Of a stretch of DNA of 64,000 nt, positions 9,832-19,425 are shown one piece after another. Source of the DNA: Patescibacteria group bacterium (lineage in GTDB: Bacteria; Patescibacteriota; Minisyncoccia; Phycocordibacterales; Phycocordibacteraceae); the NCBI GenBank assembly GCA_040388985.1, contig JAZKAU010000002.1, forward strand, positions 420,114-484,113, given 5' to 3'. The notes beneath the pieces were generated by a model. The model was not told the DNA's origin. It searched no databases and saw only the letters and a list, made by a program, of their open reading frames with translations. Within the stretch, counting starts at the first letter, position 1; each line of letters opens with the position of its first letter. The translations under genes were made by a program, and so were the position numbers.

Positions 9832-9889
9832 AAGAATCGAGACAAAAAACCACTATGATATATCATAGTGGTTTTTTGTCTCGATTCTT
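9832..9889. repeat. 58-bp perfect palindrome
   Basis: aagaatcgagacaaaaaaccactatgat|atcatagtggttttttgtctcgattctt is exactly self-complementary. Confidence 0.9.
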
Positions 9890-10115
9890 TCACGATATAT
9901 TCACCCCACCTTATATATGGTGTGCGGGTATGACGTACAGGACCTATCGGACAAGCAATCGGCACAGCCTGCGATTCAAGATGAAGCTGTTACTGCGCAG
10001 GACGCGTACCCGTATACTCACGAATCTCATAGAGCTTCTCGACACGGATACCCGCCTTGCGGCATAAGGCCGTAATCTATAGTGAACATATAGTGGTCCT
10101 GGCGCGGATGCTAGG

Positions 10116-11135
10116 ATGAGGGGAATGAAGATAGGTACGGTAGTTCGCAGCAGTATCCGGCATTGGAAACGCGCGATGAAATTCGCGCTGCTCGGAGCAG
10201 TCGCTCTCCTTATCCTGTTCGTCCTTGCCTATTCGCATTTTTTCGGGCCTGCGCAGAAATACGGTGCCACCGAGCAGTTCATTATCCAGCCGGGAACGAG
10301 CGTGGCGCAGGCCGCGGCAGCGCTCCGGACCCAAGGACTCATCCGCAGTACCTGGGCCGTGCGCTTCGCGCTCCTTGAGATGTCGGGCGGACGGGCGGTA
10401 CGCCCGGGCGGCTATGAGCTATCAGGCAGCATGGACGCGTGGACTATCGCGAAAGCTTTAGTAGGGCCGCCACAGCTGGTCTTCGTCACGTTCCCACCTT
10501 CGATTCGAAAAGAGCAGATGGGAGCTATCTTGGCTGACGCGCTTAACTGGAGCGACGACGAGAAGACGGAGTGGGATACGACGGCCACCGAACCCGACCC
10601 CGACTTCGCCGAAGGCGTCTATTATCCCGATACGTATCTCATCCCGGGCGATCAGACTCCTGCCCAGGTGGCTGCGCGCATGCGGGGCCGGTTCACGGAT
10701 GTCTTCGCGCCGTACGCGAAGGAAGCGCTCGCGAAGGGACTCAAGTGGACGGACGTGCTCACGCTCGCGAGCATCGTCGACCGCGAAGCCGGACACAGCG
10801 ATAAGGCGCTTGTCGCTGGCATTCTCTGGAATCGGATCCATCATCATATGCTGCTCCAGGCGGACGCGACACTGCAATATATAAAAGGGACAGAAGGGAA
10901 CTGGTGGCCTGTACCGACTGCCGCAGATAAGTATCTTGAGTCAGAATTCAATACATATAAGCACGTGGGACTTCCGCCGCATCCTATCGATAATCCGAGC
11001 CTCGACTCCATCGCCGCCGTGCTTGATCCCGAATCGACGAATTGTCTTTACTACCTACATGACGACAGTCACGGTATCCACTGCTCGCTTACCTATGCGG
11101 GGCAGAAATCGAACGTCGATAAGTATCTAAAATAA
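10116..11135 (+). CDS. mltG: Endolytic murein transglycosylase MltG (YceG family)
   Basis: N-terminal TM plus the YceG domain with the conserved '...YKHVGLPPHPIDNPSLDSI...' motif. Confidence 0.85.
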   Translation: MRGMKIGTVVRSSIRHWKRAMKFALLGAVALLILFVLAYSHFFGPAQKYGATEQFIIQPGTSVAQAAAALRTQGLIRSTWAVRFALLEMSGGRAVRPGGYELSGSMDAWTIAKALVGPPQLVFVTFPPSIRKEQMGAILADALNWSDDEKTEWDTTATEPDPDFAEGVYYPDTYLIPGDQTPAQVAARMRGRFTDVFAPYAKEALAKGLKWTDVLTLASIVDREAGHSDKALVAGILWNRIHHHMLLQADATLQYIKGTEGNWWPVPTAADKYLESEFNTYKHVGLPPHPIDNPSLDSIAAVLDPESTNCLYYLHDDSHGIHCSLTYAGQKSNVDKYLK

Positions 11136-11321
11136 TTCTAAACCTCCTTATGGGTACAAGACGCCATTAGCAGTGATTGGGAGGAGTGTTGCGTTTAAAG
11201 GTTGAATGTACCAGGTTCCAATGTCCCATACTGCCAGCAAAATACGCATAAAAGGTTCTTTGACGTTGCAATAAGAAGGAGTATGATGCATACGGGGACC
11301 ACGGCTATTAGGAGTACGGCC

Positions 11322-11594
11322 ATGTATCGTTCATCGCTTGTTGCATTGCTTCTGGCAGGCGCATGCTCTGCATCTTCGCCGGGCAGTACGCCGTCCACTT
11401 CAAACGCGGTCGGGTATAGCTTCACCATCACCGCCGATACCAGCGAGCAGGACATCGCGCTTCTCAACCAGATCGGATCGACCTGTGACAAGGAGCCGAA
11501 GACCGAAGACCGGCTGAAGTGCGTGACGCACCGGCTGGCCAAGGAGCAAGATACGGGGCGGCTCGTGGGTGTAAGCGTCCAGGCATGGATGTGA
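11322..11594 (+). CDS. Small lipoprotein (signal peptide with lipobox LLAGAC)
   Basis: 'MYRSSLVALLLAGAC'. RBS 'aggag' sits 8 nt upstream. A GC hairpin follows at 11620-11643. Confidence 0.5.
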   Translation: MYRSSLVALLLAGACSASSPGSTPSTSNAVGYSFTITADTSEQDIALLNQIGSTCDKEPKTEDRLKCVTHRLAKEQDTGRLVGVSVQAWM

Positions 11595-11801
11595 GTATCC
11601 GAATCCGAGCCTCGGAAGGGCCCGCGCGCAAGCGCGGGCCCGATCTGTGTACCTGTGTTCAGTCTCACAGTACCGAATCAACCGAGATCGCGTTCCGGTA
11701 ATTCTCGTTAGACAAGGATATAGAGCGTGGTAGGTTGAAGGCGGACGTTCTGTCCACGGAGTTGCGACTCCACCACATCAAGTATGAAAGGAGATTCCGT
11801 C

Positions 11802-12464
11802 ATGGTTGCGACCAACGGAAGAGTTGAAATGTCTATCCCTGACTTCGTGCAAGGGAAAAGAGCGATCGATCCCGCTACGATTCCGGCGCCTGTCTTCTTC
11901 CAGCTCATCTGGGACACGGTTGTTGGGCTCAAGCTCCTGAAACGCTCCAGCAGATTCATGTCAATAAAGAAGCTGCTCGAGGCTGGACGGGTGGCCACCT
12001 GCCAGATCGAGCGCATCATCGACCCCAGGGTCATTACGCACAAAGAGAAGGGGAACCCTAATCCTGCGAATACCTACGCGTTGCTTCACGGCACCGATCC
12101 GTTCGCCCGCTCGTGGGGAGAAGAGTCGAGGAAACCGGTTCAGTCGCAGCATGTCGTGATTTCGCCCGTAAACGACCTGTTCGTCTTGACGACGGACTGG
12201 AACGCGCGCGAGGAGCGGGATCCTGTCGGTGTCCGCAAGACAGTGACCAAGTTCTGGTATGAGGCCAGGCTGATCCTCATGCAAGACCAACACCAGCTGA
12301 TCGGGTACCTGGAACGGAATCCCGCGGCCGGCTCGGCGATTCTCAATGCGCTGCATACCATAGTTTCCGATGTCGAGAGAAGTCTGAAGCTCGAATATGA
12401 CACCGGCACCTCGCAGCGCAGGCAGCTCAAGGAACAGCTCAGGAGACTGAATCTCCGCTCCTGA
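11802..12464 (+). CDS. Hypothetical protein (no recognisable domain; atypical AGA/AGG Arg codon usage)
   Basis: ORF with RBS 'aaggag' before the ATG at 11802. A terminator follows. Codon usage differs from its neighbours. Confidence 0.55.
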   Translation: MVATNGRVEMSIPDFVQGKRAIDPATIPAPVFFQLIWDTVVGLKLLKRSSRFMSIKKLLEAGRVATCQIERIIDPRVITHKEKGNPNPANTYALLHGTDPFARSWGEESRKPVQSQHVVISPVNDLFVLTTDWNAREERDPVGVRKTVTKFWYEARLILMQDQHQLIGYLERNPAAGSAILNALHTIVSDVERSLKLEYDTGTSQRRQLKEQLRRLNLRS

Positions 12465-12472
12465 GGTCGAAG

Positions 12473-12498
12473 ATGGCCCGCACTTCGGTGCGGGCCAT
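12473..12498 (+). terminator. Hairpin terminator (atggcccgcac-ttcg-gtgcgggccat)
   Basis: Perfect 11-bp stem with a tetraloop, placed after the stop codon. Confidence 0.5.
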
Positions 12499-12608
12499 AC
12501 CTCTATCGCCGTACCTGGCCGAGAGTCGTTTGACCGAATACTCTATAATTAGTATGATATCCCTATCAGCCCTGTCGGGCATTTTTATTTCTATACCTCC
12601 GCATTCTC

Positions 12609-14393
12609 ATGGAAATCCGTAATATCGCGATCATCGCCCACGTGGACCACGGCAAGACCACGCTTACCGACGCCATCATGAAGCAGACAGGCGCTGCTCC
12701 TGAAGGCACGTCTATGGACAGCAACGCGCTCGAGCACGAGCGCGGCATCACTATCTATTCGAAGAACACGTCCATCGAGTACAAGGGTACGAAGATCAAC
12801 ATCGTCGATACCCCAGGCCACTCTGACTTCGGCTCTGAGGTAGAACGCGTGCTACGTTCCATCGACTCAGTACTCCTCATCGTCGACGCGCAGGAAGGCC
12901 CGATGCCGCAGACGCGCTTCGTGCTCAAGAAGTCGCTTGAGCTGGGCCTCAAGCCCATCGTCGTACTCAACAAGATAGATAAGCCTGCAGCCGACCCTGA
13001 TCGCGCTGAAGAGCAGGTCCTCGAACTCTTCCTCGAGCTCGGTGCTTCCGACGAACAGTCTGATTTCACTACGGTATACGCTATAGGCCGCGAAGGCGTC
13101 GCGATGCGTAAGCTCGATGACCCTCGTGTGGACCTCACCCCGCTCCTCGACGTCATCCTCGAGAATGTCGCCCCTACCTCAAGCGATGAGAGTTCAAGCA
13201 AGCCGCTCAAGCTTCAGACATTCAATCTCGCCTATGACAATTTCCTCGGACGTCTCGCCATCGGGCGCGTATACGAAGGCGTCGTAAAGGCTGGACAGGC
13301 AGTCATCGTGAAGAAGCCGGACGGCGAGGCTCGCAGCGCCAAGATCACGAAGGTCTTTACCTTTAAGGGTATCGAACGCGTTGAAGTGCCTGAGGCAGTA
13401 GCAGGAGATATCGTTATCGTCGCGGGTATCAGTGACGCATACATCGGTGAGACCATCACCACTGACGCATCGGTTGAACCGATGAGCGCCATCGCTATCG
13501 ACGAGCCGACGATCACCGTGAACTTCCTCGTGAACAACTCACCATTCGCAGGTCGCGAAGGAAAGTACGTGACGAGCCGCCAGCTCCGTGAATACCTTGA
13601 GAAGGAACTGGAAGTGAACGTAGGTCTCAAGGTAGATTTCGTCTCACCGGATGCCTTCAAGGTCTCCGGTCGCGGCGAACTCCATCTCGCCATCCTGCTC
13701 GAGAACATGCGTCGCGAAGGGTATGAGATGCAGGTCAGCCAGCCGCAGGTCATCATCCGCGAGGAGGAAGGACAGAAGCTCGAGCCGTATGAGGAGGTGA
13801 CTATCGATACGCCGAGCGAATACCAGGGCGCAATCATAGAGCGTCTCGGTACCCGCGCCTTCGTGCTCCAGAATCTCGTACAGCATGACAATTCGGTGCG
13901 TCTCACGCTCGAAGGTCCGACTCGCGGCCTCCTCGGCTATCGCAATCAGTTCGTCGTCGACACGAAGGGAGAGGGCATCCTTTCGACGCGCGTCGTGGGC
14001 TTCAAGCCGTACGCGGGAGAGATAAAGAAGCGTCAGGTGGGCTCCATGATCTCGATGGCAACCGGCAAGGCGCTCGGCTACGCGCTCTGGAGCATGCAGG
14101 AGCGCGGTACGCTCTATATCGTTCCGGCTACCGAAGTCTATGAAGGCATGGTCGTGGGGAACACGAGCAAGGGCGAGGAAATGGTCGTGAACCCGACCAA
14201 GGGCAAGAACCAGAGCAACGTCCGCTCTTCGGGCATGGACGAGGCTATCAACCTTGTTCCGGCCTTTACCCTCAGCATCGAGCGGGGTCTCGAGGTCATG
14301 ACCGATGATGAGTATCTCGAGATCACGCCCGTGTCAGTGCGTCTGCGCAAGCAGGGACTTACGGAAAGCGATCGCTCGAAAGCACGCCGATGA
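12609..14393 (+). CDS. typA: Translational GTPase TypA/BipA
   Basis: '[16 protein letters not shown]' G1 motif, EF-G-like domains, 594 aa. Confidence 0.9.
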   Translation: MEIRNIAIIAHVDHGKTTLTDAIMKQTGAAPEGTSMDSNALEHERGITIYSKNTSIEYKGTKINIVDTPGHSDFGSEVERVLRSIDSVLLIVDAQEGPMPQTRFVLKKSLELGLKPIVVLNKIDKPAADPDRAEEQVLELFLELGASDEQSDFTTVYAIGREGVAMRKLDDPRVDLTPLLDVILENVAPTSSDESSSKPLKLQTFNLAYDNFLGRLAIGRVYEGVVKAGQAVIVKKPDGEARSAKITKVFTFKGIERVEVPEAVAGDIVIVAGISDAYIGETITTDASVEPMSAIAIDEPTITVNFLVNNSPFAGREGKYVTSRQLREYLEKELEVNVGLKVDFVSPDAFKVSGRGELHLAILLENMRREGYEMQVSQPQVIIREEEGQKLEPYEEVTIDTPSEYQGAIIERLGTRAFVLQNLVQHDNSVRLTLEGPTRGLLGYRNQFVVDTKGEGILSTRVVGFKPYAGEIKKRQVGSMISMATGKALGYALWSMQERGTLYIVPATEVYEGMVVGNTSKGEEMVVNPTKGKNQSNVRSSGMDEAINLVPAFTLSIERGLEVMTDDEYLEITPVSVRLRKQGLTESDRSKARR

Positions 14394-14413
14394 TTTTAAT
14401 TCTTCGAAACGGA

Positions 14414-14445
14414 AAAGCCCGTATCCAGTGGATACGGGCTTTTTC
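14414..14445 (+). terminator. Rho-independent terminator after typA
   Basis: aaaagcccgtatc-cagtg-gatacgggctttttc. Confidence 0.7.
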
Positions 14446-14524
14446 ATGAATTCTTCAGATTCAGTAGGGTATAGTCGTTAGACCTTAAGCCTTGTCTTAA
14501 GCGCTTAACCCTAACTTTTCAATT

Positions 14525-14676
14525 ATGCTTACGACCATCGCAGTCATCCTCATCGTTCTCTGGGCCCTCGGCCTCGTGACGGCTTACACGCTCGGCGGCT
14601 TGATCCACATCCTCCTCGTCGTCGCCATCATCTTAATCCTGGTCCGTCTCATCCAGGGAAGGAATCCCATAGCCTA
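14525..14676 (+). CDS. lmo0937-family small membrane protein (50 aa)
   Basis: 'MLTTIAVILIVLWALGLVTAYTLGGLIHILLVVAIILILVRLIQGR' matches the widespread lmo0937-type two-TM micro-protein. Below the ORF-track size cutoff. Confidence 0.6.
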
Positions 14677-14689
14677 ACCTCGATGTCCT

Positions 14690-15022
14690 ATGCCTCGCGG
14701 TGAAAAAGGCGCATATACGGACAAACAGAAGCGCCAGGCGAAACACATAGAAGAAGGATATGAGAAGCGCGGAGTAGCGAAGTCGACTGCCGAAGCGCGC
14801 GCCTGGGCGACGGTAAATAAGGAAGACCACGGCGGAAAGAAATCCGGCAGCGGTCGCGGAACGAAGAAGGACACGAGTTCGTCCAAGAAACACCCCACAG
14901 TAGGAACTGCAGGGCATAAAGGCGGCGCGAAGGGAGGAGCCGCATCTGCTGCCCGCCCGAAGGCAGCTAGGAAGGCCTCAGCGAAAAAAGCTGCAGCGAC
15001 CCGGAAGCGTCGAGGAAACTGA
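14690..15022 (+). CDS. Conserved small basic protein (stress-induced KGG-like, Lys/Ala-rich tail)
   Basis: 'MPRGEKGAYTDKQKRQAKHIEEGYEKRGV...' conserved N-terminus plus a K/A/G-rich tail. A terminator hairpin lies at 15035-15067. Confidence 0.55.
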   Translation: MPRGEKGAYTDKQKRQAKHIEEGYEKRGVAKSTAEARAWATVNKEDHGGKKSGSGRGTKKDTSSSKKHPTVGTAGHKGGAKGGAASAARPKAARKASAKKAAATRKRRGN

Positions 15023-15138
15023 GTGTGTGTTTCAGAACAAGGCCGGCACGATGTGCCGGCCTTGTTCGTTGACATGCGTTCCGGAAATAGTATTGTGGGA
15101 ATCACCCGTCAGTACCTGACGGTAACAGGAGACTTGTC

Positions 15139-15249
15139 ATGGGGAAACCTCGAATCTTTGCGTCGCTCCTTCTGATCGCTGCGTGCCTCGCCACGTCCGC
15201 GTGTATGCCTGCAGACTGCAGGGGAGCTGATTGCCATGCCCGCAACTGA
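15139..15249 (+). CDS. Putative 36-aa Cys-rich secreted/lipo-peptide
   Basis: RBS 'aggag' sits 7 nt upstream. 'MGKPRIFASLLLIAACLATSACMPADCRGADCHARN'. A GC hairpin follows at 15281-15303. Confidence 0.25.
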   Translation: MGKPRIFASLLLIAACLATSACMPADCRGADCHARN

Positions 15250-15372
15250 GCGGCGTTCGTTCGTCCAACCGGACCAGTGCGTGCCCCTCCAGCGATGGAG
15301 GGGCTTCACTTTATCTTGAGAAGAATTCGTAGACTGTATACTGAGACATATATACTAAGTAATCTTTTACGT

Positions 15373-15771
15373 ATGAACCGACCTACGCATTTCGAGATAC
15401 AGGCTGAAGACCTAGAGCGAGCTGCGAAGTTCTATCGCGATGTGTTCGGATGGAGCATAGAGAAGTGGGAAGCCCCTGGCATGGAGTATTGGATGATCAT
15501 GACGGCACCCAAGGATAGTTCGGACGCAGGTATCAATGGCGGACTCCTGAAGCGTTCAGCGAAGACGCCGCCGCACGAGTTCGGGACGAACGCATATGTC
15601 TGCACAGTTGAAGTCGAGAATTTTGATGCGACAGCGCAGAAGATACTCGCAGGCGGCGGTATAGTCGCGATGCCGAAATTCGCTATGGCCGGCATGGCGT
15701 GGCAGGGATATTTCCTGGACACGGAAGGGAATACGTTCGGGCTGCATCAGACTGACAAAAGCGCTGCCTGA
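15373..15771 (+). CDS. VOC/glyoxalase-family protein
   Basis: Glyoxalase/bleomycin-resistance fold motifs ('HFEIQAEDLERAAKFYRDVFGW', C-terminal 'GNTFGLHQ'). Confidence 0.7.
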   Translation: MNRPTHFEIQAEDLERAAKFYRDVFGWSIEKWEAPGMEYWMIMTAPKDSSDAGINGGLLKRSAKTPPHEFGTNAYVCTVEVENFDATAQKILAGGGIVAMPKFAMAGMAWQGYFLDTEGNTFGLHQTDKSAA

Positions 15772-16046
15772 TATATGTCTAGGTGACACCTAGACAGCCT
15801 AGGTAAGTACCGCAGCCGTAAGGGCTGCGATACTTGCAATTTCTAAAAGAATCTGTCATACTGTCCTCACAACCGTTCTCCTAGTTTTGATCTGCGTGAT
15901 CCGCAGTATCGGGAATCCAGGCGCATCGCGCCCTTGCCCAAGAAACTCTTGAGACCGCTTGGGTCTGGATTTGACGCCAGAATTTATTCTGTCCGGCGCG
16001 CGCGATATTCTTTGCGTTCTTGTGCTGGATTTCACCAACATATCAA

Positions 16047-17339
16047 ATGGCAACAACGTATATACGCCGTACCGACGGCCGCCGCGCACCACAGACGCGC
16101 AGCAATTTCGGACGACCGAGCAGCGGGGGACCAAGCCGTGGAGGCTTCGACCGTGGACGCTCTTCATATGATACCCGTGGTAGTGGGGGAGGATCGCGCG
16201 GAGGCTCTAAGGGCAAGCGCGGACATCAGGAGATGGATGTCGATCTCAGCAAGCTCATCAATAAGGCGAAGCCTGCGGAGGATGTCGTGGCATACGTGCC
16301 GGACGTCGCCTTCATCGACTTTCCGATAGACGAGCAGCTCAAGCAGAACATCGTATCCAAGGGATACCTGCACCCGACTCCTATCCAGGACAAGGCCATT
16401 CCGCACGTCCTTAATGGCGAGGATATCGTCGGCATGGCGAACACCGGAACCGGCAAGACGGCGGCATTCCTCATTCCGCTCATTGATAAGGTCATTAAGG
16501 ATCGTACGCAGCGTGTGCTCATCATGGTGCCTACGCGCGAGCTCGCCATCCAGATAGAAGAGGAATTCTACGGCTTCGCCAAGCGTCTCAACGTGCACGC
16601 GGTAACCTGCGTCGGAGGAGCTGGCATCGAGCCTCAGATGCGCGGACTGCGTCGTAATCCGAACTTCGTCATCGGTACGCCGGGACGCCTCAAGGACCTC
16701 ATGGAGCGCCGTACGCTCTCGCTTTCGAACTTCAACACCGTCGTACTCGACGAGGCTGACCGCATGCTCGACATGGGATTCATCGGCGATATGCGCGAGA
16801 TCATGGGCACGATGCCTAAGGAGCGCCATACGCTCTTCTTCTCGGCGACCCTTTCGCGCGACATCGAAGCGCTCATCGGTGCCTTCCTGAATAATCCGGC
16901 TCGCGTATCGGTAAAGACTCGCGACACGGCGCACACCATCGACCAGGACGTCGTCCGCGTACGCTCGCAGGACAAGCTCACGAAGCTCGTAGAGCTCCTC
17001 TCGGACGCTGCCGAGTTCGACAAGGTGCTCGTCTTCGGCCGCACCAAGCACGGTGTCGAGCGTCTCACGAACGATCTCAACCGTGCGGGCGTTCCGTCTG
17101 AGAGCATCCATGGCGACAAGACCCATGGCCGCCGCCAGAAGGCGCTCGGGCTCTTCAAGCAGAATCACGTGCGCGTGCTGGTCGCTACCGACGTCGCTGC
17201 GCGCGGCCTCGATATCTCGGGCGTCTCGCACGTCATCAACTATGACCTGCCGGCGACCTACGAAGACTACACGCATCGTATCGGACGCACTGGTCGTGCT
17301 GGTAAAACAGGCAAAGCCCTTACGTTCATTGCTGAATAG
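16047..17339 (+). CDS. DEAD-box ATP-dependent RNA helicase with N-terminal RGG/RG-rich tail
   Basis: Q-motif, 'GTGKTAAF' (motif I), 'DEAD', 'SAT', 'HRIGRTGRAG' (motif VI). N-terminal 'RGGFDRGRSSYDTRGSGGGSRGGSKGKRG'. Confidence 0.9.
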   Translation: MATTYIRRTDGRRAPQTRSNFGRPSSGGPSRGGFDRGRSSYDTRGSGGGSRGGSKGKRGHQEMDVDLSKLINKAKPAEDVVAYVPDVAFIDFPIDEQLKQNIVSKGYLHPTPIQDKAIPHVLNGEDIVGMANTGTGKTAAFLIPLIDKVIKDRTQRVLIMVPTRELAIQIEEEFYGFAKRLNVHAVTCVGGAGIEPQMRGLRRNPNFVIGTPGRLKDLMERRTLSLSNFNTVVLDEADRMLDMGFIGDMREIMGTMPKERHTLFFSATLSRDIEALIGAFLNNPARVSVKTRDTAHTIDQDVVRVRSQDKLTKLVELLSDAAEFDKVLVFGRTKHGVERLTNDLNRAGVPSESIHGDKTHGRRQKALGLFKQNHVRVLVATDVAARGLDISGVSHVINYDLPATYEDYTHRIGRTGRAGKTGKALTFIAE

Positions 17340-17391
17340 CGAACGACCAGGCGAACTTCTTGTTTTCTAACTCGAGCACTCATAAGAAACA

Positions 17392-17517
17392 ATGTCGCGT
17401 ACTGGCCGCGCGGGGAAGACAGGTAAGGCAGTTACCTTCTTGCAGAGTAAGCAAGGACTCGTCTCGAGCGAGCAAATCCCAGAACATGTATGTTCTGGGA
17501 TTTGCTTTATATAAAGA
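17392..17517 (+). pseudogene. Relic fragment re-encoding helicase motif VI, plus a terminator hairpin
   Basis: Translates to 'RTGRAGKTGKAVTF', duplicating the 'RTGRAGKTGKALTF' found 70 nt upstream, but with diverged codons. Followed by hairpin caaatcccagaacat/atgttctgggatttg. Confidence 0.35.
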
Positions 17518-17552
17518 ATCATTGTATTATGCTCAGAGTTCTTTGAAACTCT

Positions 17553-17604
17553 ATTCGCCACAGCAGATAGCGGCTTAATCAGGCCATTCTCTGCTGTGGC
17601 GAAT
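17553..17604 (+). promoter_or_regulatory. Structured leader candidate: perfect 14-bp stem enclosing a 24-nt loop
   Basis: attcgccacagcag...ctgctgtggcgaat. No U-tract follows, so it is not a terminator. A second small hairpin (gggcaccgtagccc) abuts the RBS. Confidence 0.35.
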
Positions 17605-17670
17605 GCTTCACAGTCCTGCCTCGGGTTAGAGGAAAAGAGCCAGCGGGCACCGTAGCCCAAGGAGATACCC

Positions 17671-18429
17671 ATGACCGCAGATACGGAAGACTACTTTGCA
17701 AGTAAAGATTTCACAGCAGGCGAGCTCAACGCCCTCGTAAAGCTGATTGGTGGCGATCAAGCCGCCCGTCGCATGCTTCGCGGTGATCTCGTCGCCGTGC
17801 CGCCGGATGTCGCCGAGGTCGGCAAGCATTTCTGGAGTCGGCAAGGAGATGGCGGCGAACCGGTGTTTACCAAGAACTACGAGCGGCTTACGGCCGTTGA
17901 ATCGCTGATGATCGGTGGGGTAAGCAAACGAGAGCTTTACTCGCGCACTTACGCTATCGCTGCCAACCCAAGCGGTGGTCCTAGCGCTCTCACTCTGCTG
18001 CATAAGAGCCAGTTCGAGGTTGTGCGTAAGCAGCGCGAAATTAAGACCATCATCCTGAGCCCGATGGATATGGGTCGTACCGAAGTGGGAGCTCGCCAAT
18101 TGCTCAGATCCCGTCACCTCGATTATTGGAGTAGACAAAACGCGTACCGTCTTCCGGTGGGATATGTCGTTGACCTGCTTCCTCAAGAAGCCCTTTTCTG
18201 GAAAGCACTGAACCCCGGAAGTCTGGCGGGCAAAGGACCACTTTGGGCCGGCATGAAGCCTGTCGAAGAATTTGGCGAGCGCAAGATCCTTGCAATGGAT
18301 CAATTGCACGGCGATTCACGGTTGTACTCCGAATGGGTCAGCGGCCCCGGAGATCACGCAAATCACGAATACACGTTCAGGATGGGCCAGCCACTACTTT
18401 TCTGGCTTCGTGAAATAAGCGAAACCTGA
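17671..18429 (+). CDS. Hypothetical protein (252 aa, no recognisable domain; atypical codon usage)
   Basis: Strong RBS 'aaggagataccc ATG'. CGT/GGT-rich codon usage unlike neighbouring genes. Confidence 0.6.
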   Translation: MTADTEDYFASKDFTAGELNALVKLIGGDQAARRMLRGDLVAVPPDVAEVGKHFWSRQGDGGEPVFTKNYERLTAVESLMIGGVSKRELYSRTYAIAANPSGGPSALTLLHKSQFEVVRKQREIKTIILSPMDMGRTEVGARQLLRSRHLDYWSRQNAYRLPVGYVVDLLPQEALFWKALNPGSLAGKGPLWAGMKPVEEFGERKILAMDQLHGDSRLYSEWVSGPGDHANHEYTFRMGQPLLFWLREISET

Positions 18430-18578
18430 CCCGACGAATTCTTGGAATCCTCTGCTCCCATGTCGCTCGCGCGGCACTGGACAGAGGGTTTCTTTTTTAT
18501 ATTGATGCCCTAATTTCCGTGGCCATGTGTTGAAAACATTGACCGGGCACGGTGTATACTATAGGGGTTCCCAGACCT

Positions 18579-18866
18579 ATGGACCCGTTCCTGAAAATGG
18601 ATATCTTCTTCATCGCCGCTACGATCGCGCTTGTGATCGTGACGGTTCTTGCTGCGGTCGTCCTTATCTATCTCGCTCGCTTCCTTGCGACGCTCGACCG
18701 CATAGCGAACAACGCCCTGGAGGAAGCGGAAGCGATACGAGAGGATCTGGACGACATGCGCGAACGGATGAAGAAGAGCCGGCTCTGGTTTGTACCTTTG
18801 TTCTCGTTCTTCGGGAAAACGGCAAAACGTTTCTCCGCTCCGAAAAAGAAAGGCAAGAAGACTTAA
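18579..18866 (+). CDS. DUF948-like small membrane protein (TM plus coiled-coil)
   Basis: 'IFFIAATIALVIVTVLAAVVLIYLARFLATLDRIANNALEEAEAIREDLDDMRERM' matches the DUF948 architecture. Often paired with YtxH. Confidence 0.5.
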   Translation: MDPFLKMDIFFIAATIALVIVTVLAAVVLIYLARFLATLDRIANNALEEAEAIREDLDDMRERMKKSRLWFVPLFSFFGKTAKRFSAPKKKGKKT

Positions 18867-18883
18867 TCATCATTTGAAATACT

Positions 18884-19381
18884 ATGGCAACTAAGAAAGC
18901 TACCAAGAAAGGCAAGACGGGAGGACAGAGTGCGGCCGTAACGGCGATGGAGGTAGGTGCAGGCGTTCTCGCCGCAGCTGCGGCAGCAGGAGCAGGCTAT
19001 TACTTCTATGGCGACAAGAACGCGAAGAAGCATCGCGCTGCAGCCTCCAAGTGGGCGAAGGGCATGAAGGCTGACGTCGTTAAGGAGGCGAAGAAGCTGA
19101 AGAAGCTTGATCAGAAGGCGATGGCAGCCATCGTCGACCGCGCAGCGAGCGCATACAGCAGCATGAAGTCAGTAGACAAGGCAGACATCACGCGTGCAGC
19201 AGCTGAGCTCAAGAAGAACTGGCAGCACATCGAGCGCGAAGTGCGCGGCATGGCTGGCAAGGCACGCCCAGCTGCGAAGAAGGCTGTCACCAAAACTACG
19301 AAAGCAGTCAAGAAATCAGCAGGCGTAACCAAGAAAGCTGCGAAAAAGGCGGTCAAGCAGTCCACAAAGCGCTCTCGCTAG
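18884..19381 (+). CDS. YtxH-like protein with Lys-rich histone-like tail
   Basis: Gly/Ala zipper 'GAGVLAAAAAAGAGYYFYG', then coiled-coil, then K/A-rich C-terminus. Confidence 0.5.
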   Translation: MATKKATKKGKTGGQSAAVTAMEVGAGVLAAAAAAGAGYYFYGDKNAKKHRAAASKWAKGMKADVVKEAKKLKKLDQKAMAAIVDRAASAYSSMKSVDKADITRAAAELKKNWQHIEREVRGMAGKARPAAKKAVTKTTKAVKKSAGVTKKAAKKAVKQSTKRSR

Positions 19382-19425
19382 GGAGTGGTAGAATTGCAGG
19401 ATAGGAATAATCAGCAGGAAATTAC

